Made by a program: the position numbers and the translations under genes. Source: Macrostomum lignano (taxonomy: Eukaryota). From it: 64,000 nucleotides of DNA. The stretch spans positions 91,404-155,403 of the forward strand of contig NIVC01002623.1 in NCBI GenBank assembly GCA_002269645.1, written 5' to 3'. Positions 50,201-62,300 of the stretch are shown here, in pieces. The notes under the pieces are model-generated. The model was not told the DNA's origin, did no database searches, and saw only the letters and a program-made list of their open reading frames with translations. Within the stretch, counting starts at the first letter, position 1. The number at the start of each line of letters is the position of its first letter.

Positions 50201-53200
50201 CTGCCATTCCAAAAAAATTCAGCATTGCGACTAGCGCTCTTCTGTGAATATGCACTTTGGATTGGGAGATATCTTTTCCAAAGAAAACACCAATGCTTAC
50301 GGACCGGCCCTTGTTTGACACATTCTTTTGCCAGGAAGAGGCGTAGTACAAAACGCACGGAGTATACCATTTTTTATTATCATCTATAAATCTATAGTTC
50401 CATAGCATATAGTACACATGATCATGAAAAATTTTATCAGACATAAGTTCCTCTATCCCCAAAAATGGAGGCTTTTCTATAACAATGGGCGGAAGAGGCT
50501 CGTCTTTTTTAGTTGCATCTCGAAGAGCAAGCCTCTTGCAGTCATCCACTGAGATGTAATTCGCGGCCCCATCAGAGATGCACACAATTGGTATTGCCTG
50601 TATACCAAAGTCTTCCACTCTAAACAACATCGGCTTGACCAGAATATCCATCTGCATCAATTCGAGCTTGCTTTCTTCAACTTTTTTAAACCCGGTTTTA
50701 GACGTAGCGGTGCTAACAGCCATCAGTGTGAGCAAGGCGGCCGGAACCAGGAACCTGCTTGCTAGATTAGCCTTTACCCGCACTTGTCGCTTGATATTGA
50801 TCTTGAACAGAGCGGCAAACTGACCTGTAACGAAGGTTCTCATTTTGGTTGAGCTTGTCATCAGTTGATCAGATGCTTCCTTCACCTCGGGAGTCTCAAC
50901 CGGAACACTAAGGATTTCGGTACGCTGAGGGAGCAGCAGCGTTCCTGCGCGAAAGGCTTTGATGATATCTTCCGAGTCCATCCCACCAAGCCTCATGAAC
51001 ACGTCGTCAAGAGATGCCTGCGATAAGCCAAACGTTTCTACCTCTCCGCTCGTCTCCAGAATTTGAACTGCTTCTGTCAACACAGCCGAGTCCATAGCAG
51101 GAACCTCAAGCTGGAGCTCCGTATCGATGTGACTCTTCACTCGGATCTGTTTCAGCTTGGTCAGTAGTGGCTGCACTCCAGTCTTGGACTTCAGTGACAC
51201 GTTCAGTGTAAAGCTGCACCAAACGCTTGCTTTAAAAACATCGAAGACCCCGCGCACACGATCTTGCCGCCGCACAAAAAGATTTTGCGGTCTGCAAGAA
51301 TGTCCGCCTCATCCATGAATTGAGTGCACAGAATAATGGAGCGGCAGCTCTTCTCCTCCTGTAGCAGCTGCCACAGCTGTCGCCTCGACACCGGATCCAG
51401 ACCGCTGGTGGGTTCGTCAAGAAACACAACATCCGGGTCGCCCAACAGAGCCAAGATCGTGCTCACCTTCCTCTTTTGCCCGCCACTCAGGTCGCACGAA
51501 CGCACATTCTCCTTGTCTTCCAAGCCGAGTCTCTGGAGCATACTCCGAGCTTTCTCCAGCTCGCTTTTACTGGCCAATCTGCTGAGCATAGTGACTCGGA
51601 TGCAGTCCATTACGGTGAGCGCGTCGCAAAGGTCGTCGAACTGAGGGCAGAGACTAATCCGTCCTCTAAGCGATAGACGGAGCAGCGGGTTCGTCACTAG
51701 ACAGCCGCCGATATAGGCCGTTCCCTCGTCTGGCAGCTCATCGCCTGTGAGGATCTTGACGAGGGTTGACTTGCCTGCGCCGTTGTGTCCGATGAGAGCC
51801 GTGATCTGGCCTCGGTAAATCTTGCCTGCAGTTGTTGAAAGGAGATGAATGATTGTCGAGTTCCATTATTAATTTCTTACTAGCATCACAATAGCACTCT
51901 AGATAGGCCAGCAAATAAATGCTCGAACAAGCGCCGATCGAAGAATTTATTGCACCATTACACTTCCCCTGAGCAGAAAAAAACATTTTGATCTCTGCCT
52001 TTCCGGGCGCCGAATATCTCACTGGCTATAATGATCTGCTGAGCAATGGTTTTCTGATGCTCTTCTACTTTTCAGCGCCTTGCGTTTTCTCTCCCTCTAT
52101 TTACTTTTTTGTACATCGTAGGTACGGCTTCATTGCTAAAAACGCCCAGATCTTCTAAATCCCTAGACCTCTTTTTTCCTCATATGTTTGAACGGAATTT
52201 TTCAGGAATAAAATATCTGTACTAGTATTGTCTTACTTTAGTATGTTGATAGTAACCTTCATTCAATCAATTTTATACAAAAAATGAAAACTAATGTCAA
52301 TTCACACCATGTAAAAAGTTGTCTTATTGTCGTTTAATCAAATCTAAATATACAAAATCTCTAAGGTTTGCATGCTTGTATTTACTAATTTGTGAAGCAA
52401 GGCGTTTGCATTCACGTTAATTAACTTACACGATAGCTTCTTCAGCACGGCGGGCACGTCAGAGCAGCAAAAGCACAAACTTCTGTAGGTCTTTGTGATG
52501 TCATTGACAGCGATAATTGGTGACAGCCCCATCACCGGCTCGATGTGGGGCTCTGCCTTCTCCGCCGTAACTTGACCCGCACCCTGAGCAGTGTCGTTCT
52601 CATCCTTCTTGCCTCGCTGGCTCCAGAAGGCGGGCATGAACGGGTATTGCGGCGGCAGACAAAGACCGTTTCCGCTGCTCAGGATGAAGTCCAGGTAAGT
52701 CAGCAGCAAGAATAGCAGCAGTAGCCCGATAGCCGTCCAGTTTTGGATTTGAGAAAGCCGCCCGGAGTCGTCGTCTTCTTGTTTAATTTCGGAGAATTGA
52801 CGTCTGACTTCCGAACTGAGCAGCTTGGTGATGTATTCAGTGGCGAGCAGTGGGGAGAAAATGTACAATAGGAATTTATACTTCTCTTGGGGTGGTGGCT
52901 TGATGAACTCTGTCACCAGCAAGCCGATGCTCATCACAGTAGCCAGTATTGACAAACCAATCGTTGACGGCATCAGCAGCTCCAGAAGCAGCAAGACGGC
53001 AGCAAAGTTGAGGCAAAACAATGTAAAGAAGACGAAGAGTCGAGCCATGGCTGAAGCTGGAAAAACACCGGGGCACTGCAGTGCATTCGATGCCGTGAAC
53101 ACACCGGCGAACAGGAGGCACTCAACCAGAGTGATGAGCCAAATAACCAGCCAGTAAACGGACACCGACAGGCCGCTCCGAAACAGTCGCTGCAGGAAGC

Positions 53201-54085
53201 CACCGTCTTTAGCGCCCGGACGCAGGTTATGGTAGAGATGAGCATATAGAAGGTCACTCCACCTGCTGCTAAACTGACTGTGAATCGCACAGTTGCGTGT
53301 ATCAAACGTATAAAATAATTCTTTTTAATGTACTTTGCACAAATTGACTGCGGCAATGATATTGACGCCGCAATATTCCGTTTTTTAATATTGTTGCGCT
53401 CAGTTGGTTTACGAGTAGGTTTCAGAGAAGGGTCTTTGTAAAACACTTCGAACTGTTGCACATCAGCAAATCTGTCGAGTCCAAGCCTTTTCTGCGTTGA
53501 AAGTATCAAAACTTTGTACAAAAATGCGCATCTGATGTCCCGGAATAACGTAGAGGTGGGCATAAAAATTTTACCTAAGCATTCCAACACCGTCCTAGAT
53601 TTTTCGGGAGTTTTGGAGTAGCGTATCAGCGCTACGATGGCTGGATTGGTCCGATGGATATTAAACCGCTCTCTGCAGTCCGTCTCTGGCCCGCAGTCCT
53701 CAATCCAGTCGGCATTTCCACCTGCCGCAGTCATGAAGCTGGTTGCGGCAGCCGCCTCAGCCGGGAAGGCTGACCGGTCAACCAGAACTTTGGATTTCGA
53801 CGCCGCAAAGTCGGAGGCGGTGTATAGGATGACTGTTTTGTTAGCATTTATTTCATCCAATGAAGAACTGACGTCCCCTTTAAGGGAAACAGCCGCTATT
53901 GGCAGGACATAAAGGTTGGACATCATTAGTGCGATGGGCACAACAATCACGAGGAGGCGCCAAGCCTTGAGCTTCAGCAGCAGCAGGAGCAGCAGTACGA
54001 ACTGCTCGAAGAACCCGCCGGCGCTCAGGTTCTGCTCCGGCTTGGGCACGGCTGACGGCTGCTTCTTGCTTGGGTCGAGCGGCAT
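47298..54085 (-). CDS. Full-size ABCA-subfamily transporter (ABCA5/6/8-like), about 1710 aa after correcting two 1 nt frameshifts. Exons 54085..52430, 51825..48694, 47640..47298
   Basis: NBD1 GHNGAGKST, LSGGQKRK, FLDEPTSGLD, TQFMDEADILADRK; NBD2 GANGAGKST, LSGGNKRRLC, IDEASTGVD, TTHSMEEVEALC; two TMDs with YW motifs. Frame breaks near 53205 and 51211. Confidence 0.9.
47945..48200 (+). mobile_element. Possible tRNA-related SINE in ABCA intron 2
   Basis: GC-richer island with TGGTAGCGGGTTAAGG head and degenerate B-box GAGATCGATTC; no TSD identified. Confidence 0.3.
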
Positions 54086-54869
54086 TCGGAAGTTTCTTCA
54101 GAGTGGCCACAAAGCCGCCTTTGTTGCAGGGAAGCCTGGCTGCCGTTCTCAGATTGCTATAGCTAGGAATGGTCTCAAGTTCTCTTCCTATACTGACCGC
54201 CTTTAGGCTGATTTGCCCAGCTCTCGGACTTAGCACACCGAGATCAGGAGTGCCGGAATTTCGGCAAGCACTAAGCATCTCAGTTTGGTCTATGGTGCGT
54301 TCAGCTATTGTTATTTTTAGTAGCTCATGCACTTAGCTGATGAAGAGTGAAGACTGAGCAACCGGTTCGAATCAACCTATTTTGGACACTCGTCCAGAAG
54401 CCCCACATGTAGAATACAGTCTCCCAACCGGTACCAAAAGTTGGTGGTAGCAGCGGAAAGCAAATGCAAATTGAAACAAAAATCGATCCTTCACTACTGA
54501 CTCAAAACATAAATTGTAACAAATAAATGAAAAGAGTATTTTCTTCAATAGCTGTGTTATTGGCATATTTATGAGCGTAGATTTATTTCAATCAGATCTG
54601 GTCAAGCATTTATATTTTAAAGATGTATTGAATAGAAGGCAGTTGTAAAATAAAATAGGAGCGTAACTTTGCCATCATTTAAACCGGTCTTCGAGCTTAC
54701 TAATCTTTACAAAGGTGCACGCCAACATACAGAGAGAGAGAGAGAGAGAGAGAGAGCATTGAATTTTGGAAACTAAAAGAGATAATTACAAGCTCAAATA
54801 ATAATGAAAAAAGATACGATTAGCCTGCCTGCAGGGAATTGCATGGTGTGTAAGAGAACAGCAATGCTG

Positions 54870-55235
54870 AGATTTTCTTGTTCCAATTCCTTATCTGCTC
54901 AGCCACCCCACTCCGAATCTTATCTGTGCAGCCACCCCACTCCGAACCCTTATCTGTGCAGCCACCCCACTCCGAATCCTTATCTGCGCAGCCACCCCAC
55001 TCCGAATCCTTATCTGTGCAGCCACCCCACTCCGAATCCTTATCTGTGCAGCCACCCCACTCCGAATCCTTATCTGTGCAGCCACCCCACTCCGAATCCT
55101 TATCTGTGCAGCCACCCCACTCCGAATCCTTATCTGTGCAGCCACCCCACTCCGATTTCTTATCTGTGCAGCCACCCCACTCCGAATCCTTATCTGCGCA
55201 GCCACCCCACTCCGAATCCTTATCTGCGCAGCCAG
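54870..55235. repeat. Minisatellite, 30 bp unit (CCTTATCTGTGCAGCCACCCCACTCCGAAT)
   Basis: Tandem units between the SAM gene stop and the ABCA start. Confidence 0.95.
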
Positions 55236-55366
55236 CCCCATCTATACCAGCTACATGCACAACACCAGCAAGGCTACAATTATTCTAACTGACCAGTTGT
55301 TTTCATGTAAATCCTAACTCAAACTGTAAATTCCCGCCAGTCAACAAGGTGGAAAGCACGATCAGG

Positions 55367-56593
55367 TCACGGCACCGGGGGCAGGTGCTCCCGCACCGCC
55401 TGCAGAATCCGCGCCCTCGGCCCCTTCGGCAGGCCGATGCCACGCAGGCCCCGATCGTCCAGGCACACCAGCTCGCGCACGCCGATGTTGTGCTGCTCAA
55501 AGTGCGGAATGTACTGCCCATAGCCCAGGTAGTCGAGGAACTGTCGGAGGAACGGCGGCTCCGATCCGAAGAACCTGCACTCCGAAGAACCGTGAACGAT
55601 TAGTAACGAGCTACATTATTGTATAAATATCACTGTTAAATCTACCATACTTGTTCCATCCCAACCAGTAAACTTCAAACCATCTACTTCCCCACACCTG
55701 TTTTCCCTCACATTTATTCCTGTCACATCCGTTCCCCTCACACCTGTTCCCCTCACACCTGTTCCCCTCACACCTGTTCCCCTCACACCTGTTCCCCTCA
55801 CACCTGTTCCCTTCACACCTGTTCCCCTCACACCTGTTCCCCTCACACCTGTTCCCCTCACACCTGTTCCCCTCACACCTGTTCCCCTCACACCTGTTCC
55901 CCTCACACCTGTTCCCCTCACACCTGTTCCCCTCACACCTGTTCCCCTCACACCTGTTCCCCTCACACCTGTTCCCCTCACACCTGTTCCCCTCACACCT
56001 GTTCCCCTCACACCTGTTCCCCTCACACCTGTTCCCCTCACACCTGTTCCCCTCACACCGGTTCCCCTCACACCGGTTCCCCTCACACCTGTTCCCCTCA
56101 CACCGGTTCCCCTCACACCGGTTCCCCTCACACCGGTTCACCTCACACCGGTTCCCCTCACACCGGTTCCCCTCACACCGGTTCCCCTCACACCGGTTTC
56201 CCTCACACCGGTTCCCCTCACACCTGTTCCCCTCACACCTATTCCCCTCAGCAGACAATACAAAAAGATAAAACTTCAGCAGACCAGGAGAGCTTCTTGT
56301 GCCGCAAAGGGTTCGTCATGTAGCCAAGTATTCCCGGACGGTCTGGCGGCCAGTCTCGTTGCCATGGCAACCCAGTCCCGATGCCGTTGCCGATCGGTCT
56401 GAGAAAGTCCGCTTCGTCCCCATCAGCAGACGGCTCGTCCAGGTGGCCGCTGCCGGCCTGTTGAATCGACTGCAGGCCGTCCAGCTGCACTTGTTGCGGG
56501 TCACTCGAGGACATCAGGCTGAGAGCCTGGTTCAGGCGCTGGCTCAGGTGGGTTACGTGCCGCTCCAGGCGTCGGACACGATGCTCGAGCGCT
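55367..56593 (-). CDS. 3' end of a coiled-coil plus C-terminal SAM (sterile alpha motif) domain protein. Exons 56593..56285 and 55574..55367; upstream exons not found in the window
   Basis: LEHRVRRLERHVTHLSQRLNQAL (coiled-coil-like); phase-2 join to FLRQFLDYLGYGQYIPHFEQHNIGVRELVCLDDRGLRGIGLPKGPRARILQAVRE*, a SAM consensus pattern. The last exon is not shown in this frame in the ORF track. Confidence 0.85.
55730..56250. repeat. Intronic minisatellite, 15 bp unit (CACACCTGTTCCCCT)
   Basis: Fills the last intron of the SAM gene. Confidence 0.95.
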
Positions 56594-56912
56594 CTAGTTG
56601 AAATGAATGAATTGGGTTTTTAACTCGTAATTCAAATCTGCTGAGTTGCCAGAATTATTAATGATAAAAGCTTTCTGCAGATTCTATGGTATTTTCTATT
56701 GTACATGTACTTTCCTTCAGACGCAATGAAGTTTAATTTAGGCCATTATTCCACACTTTTGGAACTTTCCATAGACAAAAGAGTCAATCAGTATATTTTA
56801 ACCAATAAGCAACGGATGCAAATACGAGAACTCGTATAACTGAAAAGATATCAGGGCCTCACGGCTAGTAGTCTATGGCCAAAACTGTGTCAAACAAGAA
56901 AAACATGTACTA

Positions 56913-57137
56913 CACCTTTTCACGTTCATTTTTTATCAAAGTCTAGTTCTAATAAAACTAGCGGAAATTCAATTCAGATAATTCAGACTTGGGCAACAAA
57001 CCCCCGTTCAAAACATTATGCAACCGAAGCAAGTTTTAGCCATAGACAAAAATTGTCCCCAGTCTGAATCGTCTGAATTGAATTTCCGCTAGTTTTTTTA
57101 CAACTGGACTTTGTTCAAAATTGAACGTGAAAAGGTG
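56913..57137. mobile_element. MITE, 225 bp, with about 85 bp imperfect TIRs and TA flanks
   Basis: TA|CACCTTTTCACGTTCA...CTAGCGGAAATTCAATTCAGA is mirrored by TCTGAATTGAATTTCCGCTAG...TGAACGTGAAAAGGTG|TA. Confidence 0.8.
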
Positions 57138-57839
57138 TAAAAGCTGCATTCATCCTTGAATTAAATAAACGTGAACACACATCCAGAACAGGAGCAATCA
57201 AATGTCACTGTCTATCAACGTTACTGCAGATGTCAAAGACGCCTATTACTTACCCCCAAAATTAAATGTACAGTTTTCAAAGCGGCAATTTTCGAAAATA
57301 CGGGACACTTGTGCCTGGGCGTTGCACGCGAAGGCGTATTCAGCATGCCAGTGAAGTATGAGACAGACTAGGCCCATGGGCTAAGGTCTGCGATGCTTCA
57401 CGCCTGCCCCTTCTTCAGCAGGTCAAGGCTGGTGGGAGGTCTGCACCCTCTATTTGCCTCTGGCAGCCGCAGACCCCCCCCACGCTGTCTCGCAAGTCGA
57501 CCCAGGGTACTCGTCCCCGCGTGTGTTCAAGGCAGTCCCTAGGGCTGCTGGACAGACTGGGCTCCGGCGCTGGCGACCCTATCCAGTGGCTTCGGCCGAA
57601 TTTGGGTATGCGGGTCTGGCTCGCCAACCTGCAGGCCGTGGTACTGCTCAACGTACTCTCTAATGCCTAAGGTGTTGACCGTGCCGATGGGCTGGAAGGC
57701 CGGGGAGTAGTCCGGTCGCAAGCGGTCCCCCTCCTGGTGTCGGGCCAGCCTTGAGGGTGTTATTGGCCTACTGCCCGGTCAGGTGGAGCGGCCGGGTGGG
57801 TACCGCGCCCCTTTGAGGGTAGCCCACCAACCTTTTATC

Positions 57840-59360
57840 ATGGCCTTCGAGCCGACTATGGATAAACAAGCTATTTCTAGGGACGGGGACCCTTCTAAAC
57901 CCCAACCTCAGTCCGAAGGACCGGCCGGCCCTGCTGGCAGATCCCAACCGACTGATTCAACTGTGGCAAAGGAAGGACCGGCTGGCTCTGCTGGCAGATC
58001 CGACCAGAGCTACCAAACTCAAAATACCCTAAGACCTGCCAGCTCCGCTGGTGGATCTAAGGGAACCGCGAGCTCTGAGCCTAAAGGACCGGCCAAATCT
58101 GGCAGATCCGATGAAGCTCAGCGGGCTCGGCTTGAGCGCAAACGCGCTAAACAACGCGCCAAAAGGCAGGCCAAGAAGGGAGCTGCGGGGGCCAAAGCGG
58201 CGGCGTCCACCATGGATGCTGAAGCGACTGGAGTCCCAAGGCAACCAGGCGGGCCGGCCGGTGGAAGCTCCAGTAGTTCAGCGGCGGCGCTCCCTGGAGC
58301 TGCTGCCGCGGCTGCTGAGGCCGAAACCACGGCGCAACAAATGGCCACTGCCAACAAGGAGGTTCCTTCGGGAGCTACCTTTGCGGCGAAGGCCAAGGCC
58401 AAAATCCCGGGAGTGATCATCCAAGGTCGCGACCAGGACTGGACCACTGATCAGCTTCAAAAAGTGTGGAGTGCTGTTGACTCCTATCTGATTGAGCTGA
58501 CTGTCGAGGAGGGAATCTCCATCGGCGTTGAGCGGATGGTGCTGCGAAGCACATTCGTTCTTATTGCTCCTAGCAGCGAGGAGGACGCTCGGCGGCTGCT
58601 CCAGCGGCTACCGACGGTCTCCTTGGATGCTGACCTTGGCGGAGCTCTTTTTCTTCGCGAGGGCCAGCGTCCAAAGACGATACCCTATGTGGTTTTCGTC
58701 CCTGCTAAGAGCACCGCAGCTGGACCAGACGTTATTCGCCGGGTCCTACTGCGTCTGAACCCCGACCTCCCTGCTAGTGGACTGGTGTATCACCGTAAAG
58801 TCCGCAGGGGGGAGACGGGCAACTCAATTGTCCTCGGCCTTTCCAGCACTTGGGCGAGTCGGTACCCTAATGGATCCTCTTTCCAGCTGGGTGCCCTCAA
58901 GCTCAAGTTGCGCCGAGGAAAGTCTGCCAAAGGGAAGGCTTCTGCCAACCCCGGCATCTCCGGCAAGAGCGGGGCGCAGTCTAAGGCCCAAGGAAAGGCG
59001 CAAGCCGATCCCAAAGCCAAAGCTGCATCTCGCCCCTCTGCTAGCAGCAGTTCGGCGACCGCGGTAACGGCTCCGGCCGAGCCCCGGGAACCAAACCTGC
59101 CAGTCGGAGAAGGAGTTGAGGACGAGGCCGGGTCTTCGGAATCCGAGCTCTCCTCGGCCACCTTGGTGGGGTCTGAAGGTAAAGATGCAGGTGAGGAAGC
59201 TTCCTCCATCCTGTCATCGGAGCCTGAGGACTCTGCTGGGGGGCCGGTGGGGGTGAGGAGGCCATGGACGTCGACCAACTCCCATCTCCCAGTCAAGCCC
59301 CAGCGGCCTGGGACGAGGACGATCTGTTGTCCAAGTCTCCTTGATGGCCTTGGGCTCTAG
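57840..59360 (+). CDS. LINE ORF1 (basic low-complexity ends, central DUF4780-like domain, no CCHC knuckles)
   Basis: ORF from ATG 57840; globular core KIPGVIIQG..SIVLGL..FQLGALKLKLRR. The domain name is from resemblance only. Confidence 0.75.
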   Translation: MAFEPTMDKQAISRDGDPSKPQPQSEGPAGPAGRSQPTDSTVAKEGPAGSAGRSDQSYQTQNTLRPASSAGGSKGTASSEPKGPAKSGRSDEAQRARLERKRAKQRAKRQAKKGAAGAKAAASTMDAEATGVPRQPGGPAGGSSSSSAAALPGAAAAAAEAETTAQQMATANKEVPSGATFAAKAKAKIPGVIIQGRDQDWTTDQLQKVWSAVDSYLIELTVEEGISIGVERMVLRSTFVLIAPSSEEDARRLLQRLPTVSLDADLGGALFLREGQRPKTIPYVVFVPAKSTAAGPDVIRRVLLRLNPDLPASGLVYHRKVRRGETGNSIVLGLSSTWASRYPNGSSFQLGALKLKLRRGKSAKGKASANPGISGKSGAQSKAQGKAQADPKAKAASRPSASSSSATAVTAPAEPREPNLPVGEGVEDEAGSSESELSSATLVGSEGKDAGEEASSILSSEPEDSAGGPVGVRRPWTSTNSHLPVKPQRPGTRTICCPSLLDGLGL

Positions 59361-59383
59361 CCAGATATTGCATTTAATACAGT

Positions 59384-62300
59384 ATGACTAAGCTCCACGC
59401 TGCCAAAGGAGCGACATTCTGTCTGCAAATAAATTTACAGCATTGCGTATCTGCGTCAGTAAATCTGATGAAGATTGCTGAGCTGTACAGGCCAGGCCTC
59501 ATCCTGATCCAGGAACCCTGGATGCGCAACGGTAAGTTGCCCAACATTCCCTCTGGCTACTCTGATTTTTATGTGTGTGGCCCGGGGAACAGCCGCCCTA
59601 GAGCGGCTATCCTCGCTGCTAGCCATCTCCAGGCTTGGCTGAGGACTGATCTCTCTGATGGAGACCTTTGCGTCATCCAATCTAATCATTTCTCTCCGCG
59701 TACGTGTCTTGTTGCCTCGGTTTATATCCCAGGCGACAGAGACCCTGCTCCGAGAGTTTACTGCGCCTTGCGCAGTACTGCGAGTCCCAGAACGCTGAGC
59801 TGTGCTTAGGGGGCGACCTCAACGCGCACCACAAGCACTGGGGCAGCAAAGATACCAACACTAGAGGAGAGGAGCTTCTGGCCCTCATCTCTAACACAAA
59901 CCTCATGCTCTGCAACCGCGGCAGCACTCCTACCTTTAATAATGGCAGATGGACCGAGGTCCTCGACGCCACACTCGCCACCCCAAGACTCTTTGACAGA
60001 GTCAAGGAGTGGAGAGTCTGGTCTGAGGAGCCCTCCCTGTCTGACCACTGCTTTATCGCCTTTAATATCGCGGACACTAAAACCCAGTCTCCGATCACTT
60101 GGAGACGCAATATCCGCAACACTGATTGGGCGGCCTACAAGGCTGCCCTTGATCTGCACCTGCAGGAACTCACGGACTTACGTCCGATTGAGACCTGCGA
60201 GGATGTGGATCATATGGCTGAGACGCTGACAGGTTGCATTATTGCAGCCTACGAAGCGGCTTGTCCTGCTCGCGCCTACAGAGGCAAGACCTCGGCGCCG
60301 TGGTGGAACCCGGAGCTGGGGAAACTCAGGCGGAAGGCCAAAAGCCTTCATCGCCGTGCCATGAAGACCGGAAACCCGGAGGACATGGAGCTTTTCCGGC
60401 AAGCCTCCCGCAATTTCAAATCTGAAGTGCGCAAGGCCAAGGAATGTAAGTGGCGCCAATTCTGCAATGAATTGGATCAAGACAGACCTACTTCTAGGCT
60501 TGTCAAGGCCCTTACAATGGACAAAATGTCCAAATTAGCCATGATCAAAAAAGATGATGGCTCTCTTACTAAAGACCCTGAAGAAGTGCTTCAGCATATG
60601 CTTAGCACATTCTTCCCGAGGGTACCTACTGCTAGACCGGAGCCCAACCATTCGATGGATGGAGCCACCCTAGCGGCGGGCATTGTCACTGAAGACCTAA
60701 TCGCTCGTGCGGTCAGAACCTTCAAACCCTTCAAATCTCCTGGACCTGATGGTATCTACCCTGTTCTCCTTCGTGAAGCAGCCAAGATACCCTCGTTCCT
60801 GAGACTCACCCGCAATCTTATGCGGGCCTCTATCCAGCTGGGATACGTTCCCAAAAGCTGGACTGAAGCTCGAGTAGTCTTTATTCCCAAACCTGGGAAG
60901 GGTGACTACCAAAGCGTCAAGGCCTTCCGGCCAATTAGCTTAACGTCAGCAATGCTTAAGCTCACTGAGAGGCTTATTCTCTGGCGGCTGCTCTCCTGCG
61001 AGCTGACAGCGATGCCCCTCAGCAATAATCAGCACGCCTTCCGTACCGGGAGGTCGACTGACAGCGCCCTGCATGCGATTGTCGAAAAGATTGAACGGGC
61101 GGTACTGGGTGACGGTTACGCCCTGGCTCTCTTTCTTGACATTGTTGGCGCCTTCGACAACGTTATCTTTGAAGCGTTTCAGAGGGCCCTTCAAAATCGC
61201 AAAGCTCATGCTACCCTCATACGGTGGATCATGTACATGATCTCCAACCGTACGGTCACTGCCCAACTTCTTGGGCAAACTGCCTCCACCAGAGTCTGTA
61301 AGGGTGGACCCCAAGGCGGAGTCCTCACCCCGACGCTCTGGAACCTGGTCATGGACGCTCTTCTGAGTGACTCCCGACCTGACCCCGTCTTCAAAGTCGG
61401 GTATGCTGATGACGTCACGGCCATTGTGGCAGGACCGTCTCCCAGCACGCTCAGGGATCTGATGCAGAGCTTTATCCGCAAAGCAGAATCCTGGGCCAAT
61501 GACAATGGTTTGGAACTCTCTGAGCCCAAAACCGTTGCCATTATGTTTACCAGCAGACTACGCTGGAACATACGTCCTCTGCAGCTCTACGGCAGAGATA
61601 TTGCCTTCGCGCACCAGACCAGATGTCTCGGGGTCACACTTGACCACCGGCTCAACTGGTCCTTCCACGTGAAAGCAAAAGCTAAGCGTGCCTCAGCCAT
61701 CCTGGCCCAGCTCCGACGAGCACTTGGCACTTCTTGGGGTCTATCCCAAAGCGGCTTTGGTGGATCTATACTTCCGTAGTTAGACCTGCCATTACGTACG
61801 CCTCTGTTGTCTGGGTTAGCGCTACCCAGGTCAAAAGCCATGCAGACCTGCTCAACACGATCCAAGGCAGAGCGTGTAGGCTCATCTGCAACGCCACCAG
61901 GTCCACGCCCTTTGCTGGCATGGGGGCCTTTCTTAATCTTCCGCCTCTTGACCTCTTCATCAGGGGTGAGGCGGCTAGAACGACGCGGCGTCTAATTGAT
62001 GCCGGCGTCAAATTCATTTACATGAGAGCACCTGCTAAGCGGAACCTTGTCCCGCATAGCGATCTGTGCCTCAACTTTCTCAACGAGTGTCAGGCCAATC
62101 GCGTCTTCACCGATGGCATTGCCTTAACGCTCAACCTGAGACAGCGCTACTCCGTAGCTATCGACTCGCGCGATAACATCAATGACCATTGGAACCCTGG
62201 TGAGCTTCATTGCTACACCGACGGTTCTAAGCAGTCAGCCAACACCGGCTTTGGTGTTGGAATCTTTCTGAACGGGAGGGTCATCGCTACCCACGCTCAA

